A DNA stretch of 64,000 nt, taken from NCBI RefSeq assembly GCF_009914755.1, contig NC_060928.1; one strand, given 5' to 3'. How positions within the stretch are numbered: position 1 is the stretch's first letter; each line of letters begins with the position of its first letter. Under the pieces are notes generated by a model, which was not told the DNA's origin, ran no database searches, and saw only the letters and a program-made list of their open reading frames with translations. Made by a program: the position numbers and the translations under genes. Source of the DNA: the human T2T-CHM13v2.0 reference genome, Homo sapiens. Below, piece by piece: positions 13,021-26,033 of the stretch.

Positions 13021-13289
13021 GTAAGGAAATTTTACTTGCTTCATTGTGGATTTGTGTATTTTTTTCTTGCTTTGTTATTATCTGAATACCTTTTAAAAAT
13101 TAAAATGATTATGTTTTATCTTTATGAAATCACTATCTTTATCTGTACTTGTTGACTTAAAGTCTACTTTGTCTAATATTTATACAGTTATACCAGCTTG
13201 CTTCGATAAGAATTTGGTTATAACTTTTTAAAAATTTGTTACTTTCAACTTTCTTATTTTCCAATTTTAGATGTTTCTCTTACATGTAG

Positions 13290-15022
13290 CAAGGCCCTTG
13301 GAAGGGCCTTAGCAATATATTCACTAGCCATATGTTTTGGTTAACTATGCAATATAAGGCATCTTGACTGCAATTGATTAAGTTTGCTGCTTTTTCCCAT
13401 TCAGTTTTTTCTTGGTCATACTTCCCTACCTGATAAATGCAATGAAATGGCCAATGGAATTTTGGCGGTTAAGCTAAAGTGATAAGTAGGTGTAGAGGAA
13501 TATGTTTGTGTGGCTTCTAGAGTCACTTTCCTGGATACTTAGTTATTGTGTGCCATATTGGTGTAGGAAAGCCTTCCAGGAATCCTCCTGCTATGCATTG
13601 TGCTGACTCGGCTGGCATCATCTCACAAGACTTATGACCTGAGGTTGCCCTGCTATAAGAACTTGTTCTACAGTACCTGGCACCAAAACCATGTGTGAGT
13701 GGAGAAGAAATAAGTTTGGAAATGTATGAATGCAGAAATAAAATTTGAATTATATGAATGTAAAATTCTTCCAATCAAAGATGTTTAAAATTGCAAGGAA
13801 AGGATTTGGTTCTTTTTTTTTTTTTTTTTTGAGATGTAGTCTCGCTCTGTCGCTGCAACCTCCTCCTCCTGGGTTCAAGCGATTCTTCTGCCTCAGCCTC
13901 CTGAGTAGCTGGGGCTACAGGCACACGTCGCCATGCCCAGCTAATTTTTTTTTTTTTTTTTTTTGTATTTTAGTAGCGATGGGGTTTCACCATATTGGCC
14001 AGGCTGGTCTCAAACTCCTGACCTTGTCATCCACCTGCCTCGGTCTCCCAAAGTGCTGGGATTACAGGCGTGAGCCACCGTGCCCAGCTGGATTTGTTTC
14101 TTTTTGATGCTTAGTCAAAACAGAAGTTTCCTGTCATCAGGCATACACTCAGTGATTCACATATACAATTATAAATATGCAATTGTTAAAAGTATTTTAC
14201 ACAATAGAATCTTTTAGATGGTCTATGCACTGTACGGCATAAATCTTTAGGCATTCTACAAATAAATATATCAGTGTCTTCAAGTCTCATGTCTTATGCG
14301 CCTCAACATATGGGAATATATCTTGTTATATCTGATGTATCGTGTTCTATAAGTCCCAGGTGCCATTGCTCATATAAAAATGATGTATATTTCCTGATAA
14401 TGTGGCCCCAAATACTAACTTTGTTGACTATAACATAAAATACACCGCATGAGGAGGCTAACAACAATAATCTAGTTAATGAGTTCATAATTCTTTAATA
14501 TAGTTCCCTGCACAAGAAAACTTTAAATGCTCTAAAATCTCACAACTTACATAGAAAATAAACATAGAGAGGTTTTCCCAAATTTGACAAAAATCTTTAA
14601 AAAATCAATGTGGTATTACTAGTAACTAGTCATAAAGCTGAAACTTTTCTATACTATCAATATTAAAACCAAGTTATAATGATCCTTAAATAATTGGAAT
14701 TATCTTTCTAATCTGTTTGCCAAAAATCTTCAAAGTTGTTGTTATAAAATTAAAAAGTATGCAGCCAAAGTATATAAGAAAATAGTATGATATATACGTG
14801 TTCAAAAGGAAAATTTTTTAAGGTTTTTATTTTGGCCTATGTCTTTTGTGGTATTGTCAGCTTTTTAAAAACTGTAATTTGGTTTGATTTCTTTTTTTCA
14901 TTCCAAATAAATATTATAAAGTGCAAATAATTTGTTGTTAGCTTTTTTTAAAATTTATTTTTCTTAGAGAATGAACTACCAAATTAAATAAACCTCTGGC
15001 TTCACATAAAACCTAGATTGAC
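13290..15022 (+). mobile_element. Zaphod/MER115-like hAT-Tip100 DNA transposon fossil (split by an Alu)
   Basis: aaggcccttggaagggccttagcaat start; transposase C-terminal remnant ggttttcccaaatttgacaa...gctgaaacttttct...gtatgcagccaaa; similar to the copy at ~42900. Confidence 0.7.
13813..14089 (-). mobile_element. AluS (Sg-like) with ~35 bp internal deletion
   Basis: ctctgtcg|ctgcaacc lacks the ccaggctggagtgcagtgg segment; TSD ggatttggttcttttt / ggatttgtttcttttt. Confidence 0.92.
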
Positions 15023-15039
15023 ATATATCCTCCCCTCGA

Positions 15040-17900
15040 AGTGGTCATTCATTTTAATTTTTGTTATTAAGTGCATGTAAACTGGTACTTTACTGTGTTC
15101 GTGTTTTGTATTTCTGGAATCACTACTAATATTCTTATGGGTCATATACATTTTCTCTTCTGTGGAAAGTCTCTATGCCTTTCAACATGTTTTCTATCTT
15201 TTAAAAGGTTTTCATACTGAGTTGTGGAAAGTTTTTTTTCTTAAATAACATCTCAATATTTTGTTGGTTATCTGTATCACAAATATTTTCTCCCAGTTTA
15301 TAATATTTTCACTTGTTTTAATATATCTTTTGATTTATAACAATTTTCAATTTTGATACAGTCAAATTTATAGGTCTTCTTATATGGTCAACTCTTTTTT
15401 TAAAAAAATGTATTTTATTTTATTGTACTTTTTGTTTTTTTCCATAGAGTACAGTGAAAGCAGTTTTATTAAGAAGGCAAAGGAATAAAAGAATGGCTAT
15501 TCCATAGGCAGAACAGCCTTAAAAAAATATTTTAAATAAACTTTTTCATCCCACTAAACCTAAAGACGTTCCAAATGAGTTATTTCAAGTAGGTATTTAA
15601 ACATTTCACTTTTGACATTTATCTTTCATTTTCTGCAGTTTGTGTTTATATAGTGTGAAGTGGCTTCAATTTTTTCTTCTTTCCATATGGATAGTCATTT
15701 ATTCTCCAATCATCCCTTTCCCTACTGATCTAAAATGTCACTTCTGTCAAAAATCAACATGTGTGCATACGTTTCTGAGTTCTGTGTTCTATTTTGGGTG
15801 TCACACTGTTTATCTCCACACTATTCTCATTTATTATAGTTCTACAGTATCATATTTATTATAGCTTTATAATAATTCCCATTAGCTAGTTGAGCAATTC
15901 TTTCTCTCTGTTCTTTCTGGTTATTATTGGCCCTTTACTCTTCTCTATAAAATTTAAAATCATCTTATCATCAGATCATGAATAACCTTGTTATGCATTA
16001 GAAATGTATTGGATATGATTATTAGCAAAAGATATACTATTTTCAAATACTACATCCTTGTAGGCATGAACATGATACATCATCTCATATATTGAAGTGG
16101 TCTTTGATATCCTTTATTGAAGCAATTTCCCTTTAGTAGTTTTGAATATTTGAAAAGATACTTGATATTCTGTGATAATATTGTAAATTATCTTCTCTCT
16201 TTAATTGTAGTATTAGGATGTTTGTTACTGGTAATTAGAAATGCAACTGACAAATGTTGTATTAATATTTAATTAAATGTTAATTTTATATACAACCAAT
16301 TTACTAAATTATTTGTAGTAATTTAAAGACTCTTCATTTTTTATGTAAATGATTACCTTTCCTAATTTGCATCTTTATGTCTCCATTTTTTTTCTTGTCT
16401 TATTGTACTTGCTAAGACTTGTAATACAATGTTGCATAAGAGTACTGATATTGTGCATCATTGTCTTAGTCCTGCTTATAAAGGGAACTCTTTAAATCTT
16501 TCCCCTTTCAGGAAAATATTTACCCTATGTACATCATTTTTATAAGGTTAAAGATATTCTTTCCTATTTCTTATTTCCTAATAATATGTATATTAAATTT
16601 TGTTAAATATTTCCCTTCAACCTAAGTAAATGATCACCTTTCCTCTCTTTTAATATGTTAATTTGTCAAATTGAATGTATGAAATTGAAAATATTGATCT
16701 GTTTTCATATAAGCAGAATATAATGTTGGCCAAGGTATATTTTTTGAAAAATACATTAGGATTCAATTTGCTATTATAATATTTTGTTTAGGATATTGCA
16801 TCTACATTTATGAGTAAAATGTGTCCATTATTTGCCTTTATTATGATATATATATATATTTTTTATTTTAATATCAGGTGTTTCCAGAAGTAGTAGAATT
16901 AGTTTGAAAGATTTCCTCTTTTTTATTGTCTGTAAGATTTGGCCTGATCTGTTATTTGAAATTGTCTTGCATTTCTATTGCTAAAAGATTAGCTGTTCAT
17001 CTTTCAATACTTTGAACATAATCTGCCTCTTTTTCCTCACATTTTTAAACATATCTTTTTATTTGATGTTCTGCAGACATTTCTGGATGTGGATTTCTTT
17101 TGACTTGTTCTACAAATAATATATTGGACTTCTTGAATTTTTGGTTTGATATCTTTTATTAGTTAGGGAATATTCTCAGCCATTCCGTTTTGCTAATTCA
17201 TTCTTTTCTCTCTATCTGGTTCACTAATTAGCAGTATATTAGACTTTCTTAGTTAATTTTACCATTTTCTACCTATTTTTCATCGTTTCCACGTTTTTTC
17301 TCTATGTTCTATACTCTGTTTGATTTCTTCTCACCTGTCCTCCATCTTGCTAACTCTCTCTGTTGTTTTCAACATAATGATATAGCCATTCATTGAGTTT
17401 CTCATTCAATTTTTATATTTTTAGTTTCTGTGAGTTCTCTATTTTCAAAGCTCCTTTACTTTTCCTTATAGCTTCCAGATCCCTGGAGATAGAGTTCACC
17501 TTGTGTTTTGTTTTTCAAATTCTAGCCAGCATAATTACTTTTTATTCTAATAATGTGATTATATGATGAATTTATGGTCTGTTTCTGTTGTTTGATTTTT
17601 GATTTTTTTAAGGGTGGGGGGTGGACTGATTCTTACACATAGTGTATTATCTCCTTGAGTATTTTTAAATCTTTTTCTTTCTTAGAATTGCTCATGGTTT
17701 GAGGAGAAAATATTGACGAGAATTCTTTGAGTTCTAAGATGAAGATGTGCTACTCTGGAGATTTTTGTTTGCCTTTTTAAGATTTTTGAAAGTACTACCG
17801 ATCTCCAACAACTTTACTGTAAATTTATGACTCATTTTTATGGGTTACCCGTACAATATGAATTTTTGATTGCAAATTCACCTGAGGACCAGCCTGTGGT
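15040..17900 (-). mobile_element. Old L1M fragments (highly diverged)
   Basis: T-rich antisense L1-like motifs (ttttcttgtcttattgtacttgctaagacttgtaatacaatgttg; ggattcaatttgcta...ttttgtttaggatattgcatctacatt). Confidence 0.65.
15411..15518 (-). mobile_element. Polyadenylated MER41-type LTR R-region retrocopy
   Basis: Minus strand GGCTGTTCTGCCTATGGAATAGCC...AATAAA...CTCTATGG followed by an A-rich tail; flanking repeat ttaaaaaaat(g)tatttt. Confidence 0.7.
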
Positions 17901-18819
17901 TACTACTTTGCAAAGCCAATTTTATAATATACACTTGCTTTTGGAATTTAATGTTGGTGATTTATTCAAATAATGTAATTGGTTGTGTTTAAGATTAACA
18001 AACCAACTTTGAGCTTGCATTGCAACTAGTCTAAGTACTTGAGGAATATGAGATCTGCTATTTTCTTTAGATCCTAGTTTCTGTGATAGCTTTATAACAC
18101 CTGTGTAACTGAAATGATCTGATTGCTACAAATGTATGAATTCATTTTAGGATTTAAGGTTAGATGGTTTTATTAGTTATTTAGTTATAAAATTCATCAC
18201 TGGATTTTTACAAGAAGTTGATTTGGCTAGAGCCCAAAAACTGGAGATGCTTTTATGGTATTGCTTATTTGTAAACATTTTGCTTAATCAGCCTAAACTT
18301 TTAAGCAGTAAAAAAATGAATAGATACTGTGAATAACAATTTAAGCGCCAGAGTAGTTTTAAATACCTTTATTTAAAGGAGAATACCATTCTGGTGCCTT
18401 CCTTAGCAATCCACAAATATATTTAATGTAAGGTTTTTCATCCTTCTAATTAACTACTGAGCTTCTTAGAGAAAAAAAATGCATACATTTTTAAAAAGTC
18501 TGTTTAGCTTAAGGAAATATAATATTCACTCTAAAGTGGCACTTAATAGATTTTTCTATCATTGCACATCTGTAAGTTCAATGGTCGTTGTCTTTATTTA
18601 TTTAGCACCAAATTCTAAAGTAACAGATGTGCTGAAATAAATTTGATGCAAAAATTCTTTACAAAAATTTGCATGTGTGTAATATATATTATGACATACA
18701 TATGTTTTCCCTCTTAGCACAGATTCTTAGCACTTCACATAAATGAGGCTGTGATTATGGATCCCAATCTTATGTGCTTTTAGTTGTACAGAGATAAAAT
18801 ACATTACACTTTAGAGCAT

Positions 18820-19290
18820 AAAGTTAGTACTCCTCAGGTTGTATGAAATAGAAACCCACTTAGCTTGAGTAAAAAGGTAGTTTATTAGGACAGCAATATA
18901 CCTGGGCCTCAGGAACAGAATTAGAATGGCAACACACTGAAGAATCCATTAAATTTCTCTCCTGGTGCCTATCACGTCTACTTCTCTGTATGTCATGCTT
19001 TATTTTTCTCCTTGGTCACAGAATAGTTTTTTCTTGTTCAGTAGAAAACTACCAACACGTGCTATGGAATTTATGTAAAGTCATGAAGTAATTGAGAAAT
19101 ACTGAATTGACTTTGTCTGGATCTCGGTTCCCAATATTTGAAAAGAGGATAGATTGGTTGAGTTAAGGGCTCATCCCTGTGGTATAAGTGATGAGCAAGT
19201 GTGAATGTGGTGGCTGCTACATTACCAGTGTTGATGAAAGGAGAAAGGAATGTTTCCAGAATATAGATGCTGGAAAAAAATTTAGTAATT
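18820..19290 (-). mobile_element. Old MLT1-type LTR (diverged)
   Basis: ttagtactcctcaggttgtatgaaatagaaacccacttagcttgag resembles the end of an old MLT1. Confidence 0.4.
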
Positions 19291-19319
19291 GTCTGCGTAT
19301 AGCCAGAGGCTGCATGTGT

Positions 19320-19470
19320 GGCTTATTTCCATACCACCAATATTACCAGGAAGCCTGTTAGACATTTAGTCTCTCAAACCTACCCTACCCCTTATGAATT
19401 AGGATTTGCATTTATCAAGATTCTCAAGTGATTTGTATCACATTAAAAATTAAAAACATGGTTCTGGTCT
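19320..19470. mobile_element. MER5A-type hAT-Charlie MITE
   Basis: ccaggaagcctgttagaca...tttgcatttatcaagattctcaagtgatttgtatcacattaaa. Confidence 0.65.
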
Positions 19471-20159
19471 GTTAAAAAGTCAGTATCCAGGTGTGTGAAA
19501 AATTGGTTTTATTTCAACGTACATTTTATTCCTAACCAGACTTAACATTTAGCTTTCTGAGTTAAACCTTTGCATCCTAGAAGAATCCCTATCAACCGTT
19601 TTATAAATATATTTTAAAAATTATAATATAAAGGGAATCTTTAGAGTGACTGTGTATATTACTTCAAATTCATTTCCCCTAGCGGAAAATCAAACAATTT
19701 AAGGTACAGGTCTTAATAATGTGGGTCAATAGTTTCAGTTTTATATATAAAAGATAGCACAATATATCCACTGACAACATATTTCTAATATTTTTAGATT
19801 TTACTAGTATGATATATTTACATTAATTACCAAAGAAATAGCTAATTTGGCAACTCAGATGGAAACAAGTAATCCAAGTAACCTAGGTAAAAATGTTTAA
19901 AATAATGGAAGTCTTTAGCTCTTAGGTATTATATACCTTTAATTTTCACATAGGTGGATGTTGTGGAGTAAAACATTATTAGCTAGGTGTTATTAATGCT
20001 TATTACATGCCAGAAACATTTCCAAATAATTTACGCAGTTTTTTTGATTTATGTTTGTTTCTGTTTAGATTGTGATATAACTCAATTTTTACAAATATGG
20101 TTGTTTTTAGCGAGGTTTTCTTTTTTGTTTTTATTACTGTAGTATACATCTTGACTCTA

Positions 20160-20385
20160 AAGCTTGGCATATGAAGTTGAACAGACATGGATTTGAATTG
20201 TGGTTCAACCTCTTGCTGCATAAGCTCACGTTAGGCATATCAACTTCTTAAGCCTCAGTTCCCTGTCTATAAAGTGAAAATAATAATTATACTTTCTATA
20301 TAGAGTTATGAGGATTAAAAGAGAAACATGTATATATTCTAGCATAGGGGAAGCATCAATAAAAATTAGTTTTTGTTATAATTAT
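20160..20385 (+). mobile_element. MIR SINE
   Basis: cagacatggatttgaat...aagcctcagttccctgtctataaagtg...gttatgaggattaaa. Confidence 0.75.
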
Positions 20386-23300
20386 GTACTTTATTATATG
20401 CTCATTTTTAATTTCATTTGGTTTATGACAGTAAGTTTCTTCGTGTTGTTTTTAGAAATAGTTTTACTCTATCTGATTACTTGGAAAAGGAGCTTTCTTC
20501 TTAAAATCAGCCTGTTTCTTACTGAGCCAAGTGTGGTTGTTTTGGGTTAGATAGTAAATGTCATTAGATCTGTTTTTTAAATAGGAACTTGAAAACAGCA
20601 TGTGTTACCTGAATTTGACTATAAAAGCCATTTGGCGTTTTTCACTTAATTCTTTGTTTAGGTTGACTTCATGTAATCTTACACCGTGGTATACATACAA
20701 TGTCAGAAACAGGTAAGCAGAGAGAAAAGTCAACATGGAAGACATTGTTTGGTGATGTTTACATATATTTTTGCCAAATTTCTTTCCATAAATAGAACTC
20801 TAACTTTCTAATTCAATATTAGATTTGCCACAGATATCCTATGCAACATTTTAGGTCCAAAACTCTAGGTTAGAAAGTTATGTGGTAAATTTATGCCTCG
20901 TTATAATCACAAAGATAATTTTTGATCTCATTAAAACTGATTAAAAAAAAAAACTTTGCAAATAGCCTTTAATATCTCTGTAACACATGGGGTTAGGTGG
21001 AATATTATTCTGATTCAATATTTCATTTCTTATGTCTCATCTCATATACTTTCTAAGATGAAAAATTTAGGTAGAATATATTTCACATAAAAACACATTG
21101 AATTCTTTATTTTGGAGTTATAGCAGACTATAAATAATGCTATTCTTATTTTCTCAAGTTTGAAATGAACTGAAAGATAGATTTAGGGGTCAAAGAGCAA
21201 AATATCATGTTTATTTCCAATTATGATTAATTGTCAAAGGTAAATTTAAATGTAAGGCTAGGTTGTTCTGTTAATAATCCATTTCTGTATTAGACTAACT
21301 CATGCCATTAGCGGGAGAACTGTACAATTATAGAGCGGACATATGAGGCCTTTTTGCAATACCTTTATAGATGAGTCAAAGAACAACTCAGCATACATGC
21401 CTCCTGCAGAAAAAATAGGACAGCAGTTGCCAAGAATCATACATGCTTCTTTCTTCCAACACCATCATCAGGATAATTTCTCTTCCTACCATCAAAGTAA
21501 TTTGAGCTTCTCCCTATTTTTTTCCTCAAGATAATTCAGCAAGATGCCATGCAACTTTAATTATACAATGGAACTGAAGGCATTCTAAGAACTGGTAAAT
21601 AATAGCATTTTAACATTCTGAATAGTTATTAGAATCTAAGGAGAGATTATTCAACTGAAGTGTTTTAAATAGTATTTTATATTTTATATAAGAATAAGTT
21701 GGGATTTACAACAATCAGAAAAATAAAGTCTAGCCTATTCTTTGGAAATATGAATTAAAATGTAACATTGAATGTATATTTTAAATGCTGTTAAATTCCT
21801 TTTTAACATTGTGAATTAAAGGATATACCTTCTTTACCAAACCTCTTCTAAGTTTGTGTGTTTTCTTCTGCTCAACTTTTTCCCTAATATTTTAACTTCA
21901 GGGACTGAAGGAAGCTCATTGGTTAAGTCTCAGGGCAAAGCATTAATTATAATGCAATTACATAGATAGAAATCTCAAGTATCAAATTTAGAATATGTTT
22001 TTACTTTTCTTTATCATCGGATCAACTCAATTTACTTGGATTCCTCCAGCTCCAACCTCAATTAGACTCATTACATCATCATAAGAAGCTAATCTCTTCC
22101 CATGAAACCCTGTGTGTGGAATGCGTAAGAAAGCCAGGGAGACAAGATTTATTTGTCAAAGTTCTAGGCTCTAAAATTTAATGAGTGGATAAAGAAATTT
22201 GAATTCTGCTTCTCCTTGCCTGTTTATCCTTCTATGTTCTACCTTTATATTTGTTTTCTTTTTAATCTCCAAGCTTCTTTAGAAGCTTATTTTCTTTTTA
22301 TTTTTCAACATAAGAACTAAATTATAGCTATTGATCAATAGTAGGTAACAAAATACTATCGATTTGTAGTACGACACAAATTTTAATACTATTGATTTTG
22401 TAGTGTGGTAACAAATCACTAGCTAGTATACAGAAATCTTACATATTAATTGTTGTTTTCAAGACTATTGTTTGTGTGTTTTTTAAAAACCTTGCAACTT
22501 TTATCACTTACTTTAAATGAAAAGTGTCTGAAACAGATTTTGTGACATCAGCTTTTTCAATACAATTACCCATTTAAAAATACACATGTTGGGTATTAGT
22601 GACATTATTAAAGATGATTAAACTATTCTCTCTGGACAGTTTAATGGCATTCTTACTGCATACAAGCCAGCCATCTGGTTTACCTAAAGAGAGTTTAAAA
22701 GATGATGTCACCAGGGTACCTAATCTACATTTAAAACACTGCACTGCATATACAAGAGTGTTATTAGAAACATATGTCTGGTTTAAAAAATGCCTGCCAT
22801 TTCATTCATTGTGAACCAGATTCTACCAGTGACAAAAATTTCTCAGGAAGTAAGCTGGCATTTTTGAATTTATTAAGTTACTACTAAAAGGCAGAACATC
22901 TTAAAAGTAGTCTCATATTTCTTTTGCACCAATTATACTGCTTAATTTAAGGAGAAAATTCCCCTATAAGAAATTCTGTGTATTATTGTTGAGAAGGCAC
23001 AGCAAAAGATTTAGCTCTATTGACCAGCACTTATATTCCTTCATGTTTAAAGAAAGGAAGGTCAACATTTAACCTCACAGCAAAATTATTGACCTATTTC
23101 CACAGAGAGTTTTTAAAAAATTGAAAAATTGACTAAGTTCAGAGAGGAAATGCAGGAGTCATATTATGGGGGAAATTTAAAAGAAATAATCAGAACAAAG
23201 TACTCTTTTGGGGTTTACTTAGTGTTTCAGTGACTTCATTTTTAAAAGGAAGTGTCCTTTAAAATAAACTCTTCCTTTTAAGATACAGGGAAAATGATAT

Positions 23301-24269
23301 CAGGTCTTAAGCTTAGAAATACATAAGATTAAAGACTTTTTTGTAATAATTATTGAGGTTAGAAGGCAAATATTTATAGGATATACATTGTATCTATACA
23401 ATGAATTTTAAGTTTTACTTTAAAAGATTACTTGAGAGGTTTCTCCTTCACATTATCGTATAGTTTCTTTAAAATATTTTTTCTTGAAAGACAAGAATAT
23501 TTAGATTAGCAAAATTCATTTTACTTACATTTGGAAGTAATCGCTCCTCAAAATTGAAGGGGGTGGTAAATATCAAACAAAATCATATTTCTGTGAGCAA
23601 GGATAAAGACAAAAAGGTTTTTCGATAGGCAACCATCCACCTCTGCTTAAAGGGCTTGTTTGAAATTACTCTTGATATAGTCAAATTATTCAATGCACTT
23701 GAAGTATAATGTTAATGTATTGCTACATTCATGTATTGATTGATGTATTTCTTATGAAAGCTAATCCCCCCAATTAAAAAAATATATAGTCAAATGTAAT
23801 ATGATAACATAAAAATGCAACTTAAAACCAATGAAAATAGATAAATTAACAAATAAAAGTGGGTATAAGCTATAAATGATCTAGAAATAATGTGGTCTTC
23901 TCCCAGCATATTTTATTCTTTTGTTTGTTTATTAGTATATCAGATTGCATGTATAGAATGGTCTTAGATTTATCAATTATCAAAAATTTAATGTTGTACT
24001 GAAATGTGGTATTTTTCTATAGGCTAGTGAGTATCCATAAAGTTAGAATTCAACAATTTCCAAGCTGGGTTTCTCTTAGGAGATAATTCAGCATTATAAG
24101 TTTTGGAAATAAAACACAACCTGTGTTTTAATCCATTGGGATTCATCTGAAGCTTAAGTTAGTCTTCAGATACTAACTGTGTGGTTCAGTGTGAGTCACA
24201 TAATCTCTTGGAGACTGTTTTCAGGTCTGCAATCTGGGAAAATTTTAAGGTACTGTGCACATGATACAT

Positions 24270-24822
24270 ATTTATTCCAGGGCTGCCTAACAAATTATCC
24301 AAAATGTAATGGTATGAAACACCCATACTAATGGATTGTGTGAGTCTACAAGTCAGGGTACATTTTAATATTTCAATTTTCATGTCTGCTCTGCAATGTC
24401 TTTGGCCTCAGCTGGAAGACTTGAAGTTGGAGGCTGGAATTATCTGAAGAAATCATCTACCAATACATCTAGAGTTGATGCTAACTGTCATGTGAGGGCC
24501 TTAGTATCTCTGCACATCAGCTCTCTAAGTGAGGGCTAGTTTAGGCTTCCTCACAGCAAGCTGGTTTGCTAGGGTAATTTTCTTGAGACAGCACCAAGTA
24601 GAAGCTGCATCCTTTATGTAACCTAGCCTGCGAAGTCACATGACATCATACTGCCATGCTCTGTGGGTTAATTAAGGCTGCCACAAGCCCTTGCTGGATT
24701 CAAGTAGGAGAAAAATGGAACCTGATCTATTGATGGGAGATTTTCATTCACATTATAAAAAGAGCATGTGGGATGGGAGTGCATATATTGTGTGATTATT
24801 TTAGAAAATTAAATCTTCTGCA
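24270..24822 (-). mobile_element. MLT1 (H-like) LTR
   Basis: gctgcctaacaaattatccaaaat...ggcctcagctggaagact...ggctggaattatctgaag...ggcttcctcacagc. Confidence 0.75.
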
Positions 24823-25874
24823 GTATTCAACATACAGAAGCTATTACTACTTTATATGATATAGTATGAAATTGTGGAAAAAGCAAGGATTGGTGGTCAG
24901 GATATTTGCCACTTTTAACTTAAAAGTCCTTATTAAATAGTCTCTTACATTCTTCATCTATTGAACTAGGAGGATACACTTATTTTCAAGGGTTATTTTG
25001 AGGATTAGAGAGATATTAGGCAAAAATATTTGAAGATACTTTATGCTCCTCTGCCTCCTTCATCATATTTTGGTTCCACAGGAAATGGCACTAGAAGTGC
25101 CTTTATCTGCTATTAAGTCGAAGAGTACCAACAGGCTAAAAGAAGTTACTAATGGACCAAAAGGATGGATTTCTGCTTAAAATCAAATTTGGAATAGTAT
25201 GCTAAGGACAGGGCAAAGATGTAATTTTTTATATGGAAAAATCCAGTATCACCAACAAGCTTGAAGAACAAATAGAATCACAAACACACAGAATCTTAGG
25301 AAAGGAAGGTGGCTGATAGGGCAAACTCCACATTTGATAGATAAGGGAATCAACTGAGGTTAAATTGCTTGCTAAAGGTTACACTCTAAAGAGCAAATGT
25401 GCTGCTTAAATTCATGTCTGCTAACTTGTTAAGTTCAAGTCTCTAATATACATTTTCTTTATAGCTTTTTTTTTCTTGGAACAGAATCATACATTAATTA
25501 CAATTGAGTACATTATTTGTGTGAATATAGTAATAATGTGATTATAATAGCTAGTGAATTAATATCTTAGGATAATTTTTCAAAATCTTTGTTACAGTAG
25601 AAGGAGTAATTATTCTTCATTATGAGAAATAATCAGGAATATTAAAGTCAAGGTGTCAGTAGGGCTGGTTCCTCCTGCAGGACTATTTCTCATAATATTT
25701 CTTAGAAACTTAAAAACGGTTGAAATCATTTCCAAACAGTTTCCTTTAAAAAATGTGCATTTCAGTTTTTGAATATTTATGAAATTGGTTAATTAAAAAA
25801 TCCAATTAACCAATGTTGTGGTTGGATGGACCATAGATGTATACACAGCGAGCCAGTCAATTTTCTTATCATGG

Positions 25875-26033
25875 AATATAGCATGGTGGCTAAAGACAAG
25901 GACTTTTGAATCAAACTGGCTGGACTGGATCCTACTTCTGTCAACTTAGTTAACTTTCCTGTACCTCCAGTCCCTCACCTATAAAAAGAGATAATGACAG
26001 TTTCTACATTCAGTGGTTGTGAGGAGTAAGTGC
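25875..26033 (+). mobile_element. MIR SINE (resumes ~26890-26970 after the MLT1 insertion)
   Basis: tagcatggtggctaaaga...ctgtacctccagtccctcacctataaaa...ggttgtgaggagtaag. Confidence 0.7.
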
